This document shows positions 21,154 through 31,100 of a stretch of 64,000 bases of DNA, in pieces; position 1 is the first letter of the stretch, and each line of letters opens with the position of its first letter. The position numbers and the translations under genes are program-made. The notes beneath the pieces were generated by a model that saw nothing but the letters and a program-made list of their open reading frames with translations, was not told the origin of the DNA and did not search any database. Origin of the DNA: Alphaproteobacteria bacterium (GTDB lineage: Bacteria; Pseudomonadota; Alphaproteobacteria; UBA828). Location: NCBI GenBank assembly GCA_965214705.1, contig CBDCCI010000002.1:672001-736000 (forward strand). Reading direction: 5' to 3'.

Positions 21154-23356
21154 CAGGGCGAATTTGTCCAAGCCTGATTTTTGAGTTCTGCGCTACGAGT
21201 TGACCTTGGGTCTGGTCAGCGCGCGCCAACCCTGCTATGGATTGAGGCGACTGGATTCGCGGTGTTCTGCTGCGGATCGGCTTCGAGCAGGGGGACGGTT
21301 TCTACGGTGGATCTTTCCGAGGTCGATGTCGCTGCTGTCCGGCCGGAGGACGAGGCCCGGTTCCGCGCGCTGATGGAGGGGCATCACTACCTGGGTGCGT
21401 CTGCGAAGGTGGGGGCGACGGCGTGGTACGTCGCCCATCGGCGCGGCGAGTGGCTGGCGCTGGCCGTGTTTTCGGCTGCGGCGCGCAAGTGCCGGGCGCG
21501 GGACGAGTGGATCGGCTGGGACTTCCGCACGCAGCACGGGCGGCTGCATCTGATCGCGAACAACGCGCGCTTCCTGATCCTGCCGGGACGGGGTGTTCCG
21601 AACCTCGGCTCGCGGGTGCTGGGGCTTTGCGCGCGGCGCTTGGCGCGCGACTGGCCGGCCCGCTTCGGCCACCCCGTGCTGATGCTGGAAACATTCGTGG
21701 ACGCGGCGAGGTTCCGGGGCACGGTCTACCGGGCGGCTGGATGGCTGGCGGTCGGCCAGACCCGCGGCTTCCGGCGCCACCGCTCGGGCTATGTCGCCGG
21801 CTCGACGCCGAAGCTTGTGCTGCTGCGCCCCCTGGTTCCCGACGCCTGCCGCCGGCTGTCCGCTGCCGGGCTGGATCGGGAGTTGTGGAAGAAAGGAGTT
21901 CCGAGAACCATGATCAGCGCCGCTCAGCAAGAGTCGCTCTACGCCTACTTCAAGGACATCGACGACCCCCGCACGCGCAAGGGACGGCGGCATTCGCTGC
22001 CCAGCGTGCTCGCGCTTGCGAGTGGCGCGACGCTCTGCGGCATGCGAGGCTGGAAGGCCATCTCCGAGTGGGTCGACGATCTCGGCGAGAAGGCGCTGGC
22101 CCGCTTCGGCGTGCGGCTGCGCGACGGGGTGCGCCGGCCGCCTTCGATGTCGACCATCCGCAATGTGGTGATCCGGGTGGACCCGGACCAGTTGGACGAG
22201 GCGTTGCGCAAGTGGCAGGAGGCCCACGGCTCAGGCGACGCGGCGCTTGCCATCGACGGCAAGACCCTGAGGGGGGCCATCGACGAGGACGGGACCCAGG
22301 CTCATGTCATGAGCGCGGTCGGGCACGAGACCAAGGCCACGCTCGCCCAAAAAAACTTCTCCTGAAAGTCGGGGCCGACGAGGAGACAAAGCGCACCAAC
22401 GAGATCGGCACCGTGACGGCGCTGGTGGACCTGATCCCGAACATCGCGGGCAAGACGGTCACGACGGACGCGCTGCTAACCCAGCGCAAGTTCGCCCGCT
22501 ACCTGCTCGACCGGGGCGCGCACTTCATGTTCATCGTGAAAGGGAACCAGAAGACCATGCGGGACGATGTGACGCTGCTCTTCGAAGAGGCGCCGGAGCG
22601 TGAGCCTGACTTCGAGGAGGAGGCCGCGCTGTCGCACGGACGCATCGAGCAGCGGGCAATCTGGACGAGCACGGAGTTGAACGGCTTTCTCGACTTCCCG
22701 GGCGTCGGCCAGGTCTTCATGATCGAGCGCTCCCGCCAGGACAAGAAGACCGGCGAGACCGGCACCGAGACCGCCTACGGGATCTCCAGCCACACGCCCG
22801 GCACGGCCAACGCGCAGAGCCTGCTCGCCCTCAACCGCGGCCACTGGTGCATCGAGAACAGCTCGCACCACTGCCTCGACTGGACCTGGGACGAGGACCG
22901 CAGCCGCATACGCACAGGCTTCGGCCCCGAGAACATGACCCGCCTGCGGCGCTTCGCCATCGGCCTGATCAAGGGCCGGGGGCTCGAGGTCGCCTCGACC
23001 GTGCGCAGGCTCGCCCGCAACGTCCGCGCCGTCCTCGACTTCCTGAAAATGACCGGGAACACCCAGCCGAGGACCGCAAAGCGCGCCGCGCCGGCCTGAA
23101 CCCCGGCGCCCGGCAAGCCGGGCGCAAAGATCGTACCTGCCCTCGCTCCCGACCACGCCGGTGGCGCGATCCATCATGTCGGGGCACCGCCAAATCGCGA
23201 CGGCACCGCCCGCACCGCCCACACGGTAATGCCAGAACCCTCTGACCGAACCGGATGCTCGGCCAGACCCCGCCGCAAACCCCGCAACAAAGCCGATCCG
23301 CACAACCCGTGGCCAGAACTCAACTGCCTACCAGCCGCTTGGACAAATTTGCCCTG
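21154..23356 (+). mobile_element. ISAs1-family element carrying DUF4338
   Basis: 20-bp TIR CAGGGCRAATTTGTCCAAGC; 10-bp TSD AGACGGTCTG (21144-21153, 23357-23366). Confidence 0.93.
21307..23099 (+). CDS. DUF4338 domain in frame with ISAs1 transposase; -1 frameshift at A7C (22349-22356)
   Basis: HHYLG, RDEWIGW, NNARFLILP, ETFVD; DPRTRKGRRH, AIDGKTLRG; then NEI, DALLTQ, VKGNQ, HGRIE, HWCIEN, EDRSR in -1 frame; possible internal ATG at 21911. Confidence 0.85.
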
Positions 23357-23847
23357 AGACGGTCTGTCTTCTCCATGATCCGCACCCGCCCGGCGGCCGC
23401 ACGGTCGAGTGCCTGTCGGTAAGGATGCTGCCGGTCCTGCAGATGCTTGAGCGTCTGGCTATAGATGGCCTCATTTGGGACGATCCACAGCACGAACCCC
23501 GTGTTCCGGTCGAGATATCGCCCGATGATGCGTGAGACGGCGGAGACGGCGAGCCAAGTTTTGCCGCCCCCGGTTGGCACCTTCAGCACCGCATCGGGCA
23601 CCGGGCGCCCGCATCCGTCCGTGCGCGGCGAGAAAGGGATTGCTTCGCGTGACGGTGGCAGCCGGCCCTCCGCCTTCATCTGCTCCCACGCATTGCCGGC
23701 AAAGTCCGGAATTGGCACATCCAGGTCCGGTTCCTGCTCTGCAAGCACGGCCAATCGGTCGGCCCTCGTTTTCTTTTCTTTGAGAACGCCGATATAGGCA
23801 TCGAGAACGGCGAGCGCCCGGTCCTGATAGTCGAGTTGCCGGAACAC
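23357..23847 (-). pseudogene. res: Type III Res, N-terminal part
   Basis: LDYQ Q-motif, KVPTGGGKT Walker A, LWIVPNEAIYSQT; starts 4 bp after mod stop. Confidence 0.9.
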
Positions 23848-23850
23848 GGT

Positions 23851-25650
23851 TCAGGTCCGATCGACGCGGTAGAGCGCGAAGGGGAGCGGCACGAATTCGA
23901 CCGGGATATTCTGCTCGGCCAGCATCTTCTGGCTGACATAGCGTGCCGGGGCGAAGACGAGGTGGCGCTCCTCTGGAGCTGTCTCCGCAAACTCTCTGGC
24001 GCGAGCCCACGTCAATGCAGCATCGGCAGACTTCAGCCATTCCAGATCGGGCTGGTAAATCAGCCAGACGTGCTGCCCGTCGGCCTTGCCGAGATAGCAA
24101 TTGTCCTCCCGCACAGTCGCTGGATCGAGGGCGCGGTTGGTCGCCATGTGGAAGAGCGCCGCGCCGATCGCCTCGTAGGGTGGCAGGGTCTCCCCGCTCA
24201 ACAGCTTGTCTAGTTCTACGGGATCGCCGAGGGTGCAATAGGTGAAAGAGCCACCTAACCCTTCTGTTCGTTTCATTACCGACTTATCGCCAGTCAGGAT
24301 TAATTCGCCGCCTTTGATGGTCCTCTTGATCGCATCGTATTTGTGGCCATGCAAGTCTTCGACATCTTGGACGGCCAGAATCAGTTTATCCGCACGCTTT
24401 AATTTTGACCACGTTATCCTTTCACGCATTAACTCGGTACGCTGCGTCCCCGCAAAGGCATATCCTTTCATAGCACGACGAATTCTCTCCGCCGTTAACC
24501 GATCCGCATGTTCTTCCATCTCAATCAAAATGAAGCGTCGATTACTATTGTTCGCTCGGTTTGTTTCAAGGACAGCATGTGCCGTAGTGCCCGTACCAGC
24601 GAAGGAATCCAACACCCAGCTATCGTGCTTGGTCGATATTTCAATTATCTTCCTGATTAGATTTACCGGCTTCGGAGCATGAATCCTCATATCTTCATCG
24701 TCATACTCGGAAAATATTTCTAACAAATGTTTCTTGGAGGATTCGGTGTTTCCCACCTCCTCGGCGAACCAGAGAGTCATTGGGACCAACCCTCTCGCTT
24801 CGTCTTTGTACTGCTTTATTCTGGGTCTACCACTACCTCCTTGAGGCCAGTAAACGCGGTCCTCCGATTTGAACTTTTCAAACTCCGGCTCGGTGGCACC
24901 CCAGCAACGACCTTTTGGTGGCTTTAGCTTGACGCCAGTTGGAGTTGTGATTGTATAAACTTGATTGTCTCGGTGCCCTTGAGCAGAAAACGGAATAGAA
25001 GCCCACGCTCCGCGAGGGTCATTGTCCGGATTTGAGTATCCGGAAGTAGCCGGTGGTAGAAGATTACGGTAAAGTTTCCATGTATCGCGCAGGGATTTAG
25101 AGTAGACTAGAACGTGATCAAAGCTCGGTGAGAGCACGGCACGGTTTTCTCTAGAAGTCCTTTTTTGCCATACAATTTGTCCAACGCAGCAATTCTCACC
25201 GAAAACTTCGTCGAGCATGTGCCTGGCCCGATGTACTTCATTGTCATCGAGTGTAATCCACAAGCTTCCATTGTCTGATAGGGCTTCATGGAGTAAGCGC
25301 AACCTGGGCCACATCATGGCGCACCACTTGTCGTGGCGGAGGCCGTCCTCTATGCCGACAGGGCTCGCATCCAGCCATTCCCTGATCATCGGGGCGTTGA
25401 CGTTGTCGTTGTAGCACCAGCCCTCGTTACCTGTATTGTAGGGCGGATCGATAAAGATGCAGTCCACCTTGCCGGCATAGAACGGTAGGAGCGTCTTCAG
25501 AGCGTGCAGGTTGTCCCCGTGGATGATCAGATTGCCGTCGAGTGATGGTTCTCCGATACCCTTCTCTGGATGTGTGACCAAGGGCCGGAACGGCACAGAG
25601 AGGTGGTGGTTGTAGACGAATTCCTTACCCTTGAAATTCAACTCGGTCAT
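23851..25650 (-). CDS. mod: Type III R-M DNA methyltransferase Mod (beta class)
   Basis: IHGDNL, IDPPYNTG, PKP, VLDSFAGTGTT; intact ORF. Confidence 0.93.
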   Translation of the reverse strand: MTELNFKGKEFVYNHHLSVPFRPLVTHPEKGIGEPSLDGNLIIHGDNLHALKTLLPFYAGKVDCIFIDPPYNTGNEGWCYNDNVNAPMIREWLDASPVGIEDGLRHDKWCAMMWPRLRLLHEALSDNGSLWITLDDNEVHRARHMLDEVFGENCCVGQIVWQKRTSRENRAVLSPSFDHVLVYSKSLRDTWKLYRNLLPPATSGYSNPDNDPRGAWASIPFSAQGHRDNQVYTITTPTGVKLKPPKGRCWGATEPEFEKFKSEDRVYWPQGGSGRPRIKQYKDEARGLVPMTLWFAEEVGNTESSKKHLLEIFSEYDDEDMRIHAPKPVNLIRKIIEISTKHDSWVLDSFAGTGTTAHAVLETNRANNSNRRFILIEMEEHADRLTAERIRRAMKGYAFAGTQRTELMRERITWSKLKRADKLILAVQDVEDLHGHKYDAIKRTIKGGELILTGDKSVMKRTEGLGGSFTYCTLGDPVELDKLLSGETLPPYEAIGAALFHMATNRALDPATVREDNCYLGKADGQHVWLIYQPDLEWLKSADAALTWARAREFAETAPEERHLVFAPARYVSQKMLAEQNIPVEFVPLPFALYRVDRT

Positions 25651-25905
25651 GCACCGATCCTCGCTCTCTGGCACTCAACGCGTTTATTCGTGCGGGACGT
25701 CTCTGTCGGACTAGGCCTCCCAACCGAAGTCCGCGGCCCTTGGAAGCCGCGAGCCATTCTGTCGCAACCGTAGCGAATCACGAAACGCCATCGGCACTCA
25801 GACGCCACGCAGCTCGCAAGGGGCAAGCGTCAGCCGGGGTTCCCTGATGGCAGGCAAGACCCTCTCTCGGTTGAGACATTGATTGGACGAAGTATGTACC
25901 ACCGT

Positions 25906-27942
25906 CTATCGCGTGGATCGGGGCCAGAACGGTAAGCGACGGCGCGGCGTGGCGAGGTTCCGATCCAGGAAACTCTCGACCGCCTGCAAGTCCAGCACGA
26001 ATTCGGCCGCGCGGCTCTCATGCTCGTGCAGCATGTAGGTCGGAAGGTCTCGCCACTCGAAATCCGGGTGCCCGAAACTGTTGGCCCCCACGCGGACCCA
26101 GATCCTGTCTCCTTCGGCGTACCAGCCCTCGGTGTCTGGAGGCGGGCGCATGGAACGCCGGCGAGCACCATCCAGGAGACTGCCAAGCTGTTCGCGGAGG
26201 GCGTCGTACCGGGTTGATGCGTATGTCTCCCAAGCTATCGGCTTCGCCCATACGGCATCATGCCCGCATTCAGCCAGGAGGCCGGAAAGGACCTCCGAAG
26301 AAAGCAGGAGCCAATCGTCCGCGTCCGTGTCGAGGAGCTCCAAGACTCCCCGCAAGTAGCGCCGGTAGAGATGCGTATTGGGATCAATCGAGGACAGACG
26401 GTCGGACATGGCGATACGGCCGCCTTCGTCCTCGCTCGGAAGCGAGGCCGAGCTGTAGACGAGCAGGCACCGCTTCGCGACCTCGTCGGGGAAGCCGCCC
26501 ATCCTGGCATTCATCGACATGATCGTGCATGGGGCCTCGTCGTGCGGTGTCAGCGTCTCGTCCTTGATGTACTCCGGAGCGTGATCGCGGAACCGTCGCC
26601 AGCCCACGTCGTCGAAGAAGGCAGGCATGCGCCGATACGACGCATCGATCCCGCGCAGGGTCTGGGCCGTCAGCCGGGAGCGGGTGGCGCCCTGGAAGTC
26701 GTCGCCAAACATGAACCTGCCGACGATCTCCACGAGTTGCGTCTTGCCCGAATTCGACTTGCCGTAGACGATCCCCACCTTGGGGAACCGGATGACATCG
26801 CGGCCCTCGAGCGCAGCCCGGCGGCGCAGCGTGCACATCAGGGGCGAGAAGAACATCCAGCACAGGAAGACGAAGTAGTCGCGTTGTAACTTGTCGACGC
26901 GTCCGCGAAACGCTGTGCGATAGGCGTCCCAGAAGGCAACCAAGGATGCGGCGTCTTCGCGTACGCTGTCTTCCGCGCTGTCCAGCGGCCACGGCGATCC
27001 GCACACGGTCGCCTCACGCGACGCCGTGTCCAAGGAGAATGTCGGATGGGTGGGGTCCAGTCGCCGGGTCTGGCGCCGGATGAGCCCGGAGAAGCGTTTT
27101 CGTATCGTCCCGTCGAGTTTGAGCGTCGCCTTTCCAGTGCCCCGCGTCTCCTTCGGCAGCGCCGGCAACACCACGTCATAGAGCTTCTCCACCCGACGGC
27201 CGCGCTCCAGGGAGTCGTCCGTCTCCGCCGGCTGAGCAAGCTGTACGACCTGCGTACCGCGCCCCGGAGCCAGCACCGGCGCTGCCTCTGGCGGCACTTC
27301 CTGGGCCGGATCGAGCCTATCCTCGGCAAGGCTCGCGATCGGCACTTCGGCGGAGGCATGGTCCCGAACCTCAAGATACTGGCCTTCGAAATGCTCCCAG
27401 GCGCGATCGTCGCGAAACCGGATGAGCACCTCGTGCTGGTCGCCGAGCAACGCCGATGTCGAGAAGTTGGCGGAGCCCGTCAGCACGCAGCGATCGCCGT
27501 CCGGCCCCTCCGACAGAAGGAATATCTTCGCGTGCGAGACATGGCCTTCCACCACCCGAACCTGCAGGCGGCCTTCCCGGACGCGCAGGAGCACTTCATC
27601 GCGGCGCTGCGCGGACAGGCTGCGGAGGGCGCTGCGGATATCCTCCATCTGGGCAGTCTGCAGGGCGATGATCGCGGCCATGTCGTTCACGACCCGCGAA
27701 TAGCCGAGCACACACTCGACACGCGCTTCCTCGAACCGCTCAAGAACGGTGTTCAGCATCTGCGTGCTCGAAGAGTAGGTGAGGATCCGGATGCGGCGAT
27801 ATCGCCCGAATTCATCGAGATCGAATTCGCCCACCCCGGTCGCCTCGGCATCGAGAACCTGCGTTCGAGCCCACGCCGCATCGGATGGAAACAGCCCGGG
27901 AGCGATGGCGCGCGGAGCGCCTGAAGGGCCTTGGCGGTTCAT
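25906..27942 (-). CDS. PLD-family (NgoFVII-like) nuclease domain fused to a P-loop NTPase
   Basis: SHAKIFL..TGSANFS..E; GKSNSGKT Walker A; FFDD Walker B. Confidence 0.75.
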   Translation of the reverse strand: MNRQGPSGAPRAIAPGLFPSDAAWARTQVLDAEATGVGEFDLDEFGRYRRIRILTYSSSTQMLNTVLERFEEARVECVLGYSRVVNDMAAIIALQTAQMEDIRSALRSLSAQRRDEVLLRVREGRLQVRVVEGHVSHAKIFLLSEGPDGDRCVLTGSANFSTSALLGDQHEVLIRFRDDRAWEHFEGQYLEVRDHASAEVPIASLAEDRLDPAQEVPPEAAPVLAPGRGTQVVQLAQPAETDDSLERGRRVEKLYDVVLPALPKETRGTGKATLKLDGTIRKRFSGLIRRQTRRLDPTHPTFSLDTASREATVCGSPWPLDSAEDSVREDAASLVAFWDAYRTAFRGRVDKLQRDYFVFLCWMFFSPLMCTLRRRAALEGRDVIRFPKVGIVYGKSNSGKTQLVEIVGRFMFGDDFQGATRSRLTAQTLRGIDASYRRMPAFFDDVGWRRFRDHAPEYIKDETLTPHDEAPCTIMSMNARMGGFPDEVAKRCLLVYSSASLPSEDEGGRIAMSDRLSSIDPNTHLYRRYLRGVLELLDTDADDWLLLSSEVLSGLLAECGHDAVWAKPIAWETYASTRYDALREQLGSLLDGARRRSMRPPPDTEGWYAEGDRIWVRVGANSFGHPDFEWRDLPTYMLHEHESRAAEFVLDLQAVESFLDRNLATPRRRLPFWPRSTR

Positions 27943-28170
27943 CGTTCCCGAACCTTCCTCATCGCCTATCAGACGCCTGGAAGATATCCCTCAACACCAG
28001 CGGGTGCGAGCGAACCTCGACCAAGGCGACCCGTCCACCAGCCGATACAGGACAGGAAGCCGGCATCGAGGGTACCGTCGCCCTTGTTGGCGGAACGGGG
28101 CGCGGTGAGCAAGACCCCCCAGGCTGGGGCCGGGAAGGGATGATCTCGTTGCCGTCCGGTCGCGGACGGG

Positions 28171-31100
28171 CTACATGCGCATGCTTCTGACCTGATACCG
28201 CCCCTTGCGCCGCTGCCGGGCGGCCTTGCGCGCCTCTCTCCGCTCGATCTGGCGCCTGTGCAGCTCGCGCAGCTCCTCCGGATCGTCGCCCTTGCGCTCG
28301 GGCACAAGGGCCTCCGCCATCTGGCGGTCGTCGTCGGCCAGCACCTTGCGCGCGACCGTGAGCGTGGATTGGAGGCCGAGGAGCGTCGGGCTCTGCAGGT
28401 GGATGCCGTAGCGCATCCGGTCGGCGAGGACGCGTTCCGCGGCTTCTACCGCCTTCTCGGTGTCCCGCCGCCACGGATCGTAGGCCTTGCGGTCCAGGAA
28501 GGCCTGCTCGTCCCGCGACCGCCCGGAGTCCGGAACCTCTCGGCGGTCGGCCAGCCGGGCCGCCAGGGCAGCGCCGCGGTCCACGATGCGGTCACGCGCT
28601 CTCTCTGCCGCGCCCAGCGAGCGGATCACGCGGTCGATTTCCGAGCGGACCTCTTCGGGCATGTACGGATCGTCGCGGGCGGCAGTCTTCAACTCACTGC
28701 GTAGCAAGTGGTAGTCGCCGGTGTAGATGACGTGGACGCCCTGCTTCTCCGCACGGTCCACCTGCCGGTTCCATTCCTCCCTAAGCGCCCGCCAGTGTTC
28801 GAGCGAGGCCTGCGTCCCGGCTTCGATCCTCACCTGCTGTTCGCTCTCCGACAGACGCCCGTCCCAGTCGTGGATGCGGCGCAGCCGCCAGAGCAGCCTG
28901 CCTGCCCGCGTGTCCTCGTCGTCGGCGGCCGGCGCCGGGTCCGGTTGCACTACCGCGCCGGCGTTCGCCGCGAACCTGAGGTGGTCCAGCTCTCGGCTCA
29001 GCCGTCGCCGTTCGCGCGCCTCCCGCCGGGCCTCCGTCAGCGCCTCGTCGTCCTCGCGGATGGCCTCACCGAGACCGGAGACCCGGTCCTCTGCGAGCCT
29101 CCGGAGCGAGGAGACGCGGTCGAGATGGGGAGTGCATATGCGGTCGGCGAGGATCGCCTTGCCCTCCCGCAGCAGGCGGTCGGCCGTTTCTCGCCACTTG
29201 CCGTAATCCGGGGTTTGCGTGATCGTCACGCCGCGCTCGTTTGCCGCCTCTTCGAGAGCGGCCCGCCGGTTCCCGTGCCGCCCGGTGGCATCGAGGAAGT
29301 CCTCGACCCGCTTGCATGCCGCGACCTGGCGCGCGCGGCTTTCCAGCAAGGGGACCAGAGACTCCCGCCTGTCGGCCGGGACGTCCGGGTTCTCCGAGAG
29401 CTCCCGGATGCGCGGGATCAGCGCGGCATAGCCTTCGGTGTAGAAGGCGATCGTGCCCGACTGCCGGGCACGATCGATCAGCGCGTTCCACTCCCCTATC
29501 ACCGGCTCCCAGGCGGAGAGCCAGTCAGGCTTCGTCGGTTCCGGGGCAGGCGGCGCCAATTCCTCGGGCGCCTCCCACGCCTCGGCATGTTCCCTTTCCG
29601 TCGGCGGCGGGACGGAGTCGAACCAGTCGGGCGGTACGAGGGATGCCGCCTCGACAGCCTCCATGTGCGCGATCCGCACGTCCTCGCGTGTCTCCGTCCG
29701 GGACACCTGGCTTTCGGTCTCCCGCCGCGTGCGGTGGACTTGCCGCATGGTCGCGGCACGACGGTGGCGGCGGGCCCGCTCGTGCAGCGCCTCGAATTCT
29801 TCGAGGTCGCCGCGCCCGATGCGGGCACGCTCGGCCAGCAGGGAAGCGAAGGCCTCCGGGCGCACCTGGAAGGGCTCGGCCTGCTTGAGCAGCGCCGCAT
29901 GCCGGTCGAGAGTCTCGCGATAGGTATCGCTCAACGCCACCAAATCGCCCTCGGCGCGGCTCCTCTCGCGCAGCTCGTCCCACGCCGCCACCACCTCCTG
30001 CCTGCCGGCGGCAAAGGCGTCCACCGCGGCGCCGTGGCGCCAGGCGAAGGCGGTGCGCTGCACGTCACGCGCGATGCGTGTCAATGCGTTGTCGTTCGCG
30101 GCCGTCCTCGACCCTTCCATATGGGTGTCGCCGGCGCCCCTTTGTCGTCCCATACCGGCGGCGTGCCCACGCTCCCGGGCGCCCTCGGCGAGCTCTTCCC
30201 TCGCGCTGTCCCCCATGTAGTCGAGCGCCGCCTCCTTGGGCGCCGACCGCGACCAGCGTTCCGCCAGGTGCGCGCGGATCTCGGCGTCCATGACCGGCGC
30301 GTCGCGATCGCTGTCGGCCCGCCGGTCGGCCACGTCGAGAGCCAGCGGCACGCGGTTGACGTAGACGTCGATCGCCTCGCGGTGGCGCGTCGCGGCCGGG
30401 TAAATGGTCTCCCGCGCCGGCCGGTCGTCCGCCAGCAGGAAGGTGCGGTCCACGGTCAACCCCTGGGCGGCGGTGATGGTGAATGCATAGCCGTGGTCGA
30501 GACGGACGTTGCCGTACCAGTCGCGGATCTCGTCGTGCCGGAATTGCACCTCTCGCCCGTCGTCGGTGCGGGCCGAAACGAGCACCGGGGGTTCGTGCCC
30601 CGGCTCTCCCGGTTCCGGGCCTTCCGGACCCTGACCCTCCGGCCCGGTCCCGGCCCTGTGACGTTCGACCCGCAAGTCCTCCACTGTGACGACGGTACCG
30701 TTGAAGAGCTGCTTCTCCCAGTGGGTGGCGCCGATCCTGAGGCGGTCGCCGACCGCGATCTCCAGCGGAGACGCCGTGCGGTCGTCCTCGGTGCCCCGGC
30801 TCACCATGACGGTGGCGCGCTTGACGTCCTTCACGTTCTGCCGGGCGAATCTCCTCTCGCGCATCAGGTGCGACAGCACCCGCACTTCGGCGCGGGTGCG
30901 CGCCAGCACCACGGCGCTCTTGTCGGGGTGCTGCTTGGCGTAGCGGTCCCACTCATCCACCAGGGCGGCGAGCGTCCGCTCTTCGTCGTATCCGAGATGG
31001 AACCTGCCCCGCTCGTGCCAAGCCCGGATCGCCGTTTCAGCGTCCCCGTCTCTCAGCGCCTCGGACACCTTGATCTGCCAGGGCGTGAACGCGGGCTTCT

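Noticed and set aside
21307-21910. Druantia defence system
   Set aside because: DUF4338 lies inside an IS with TIRs and TSD; no DruE helicase or other dru genes
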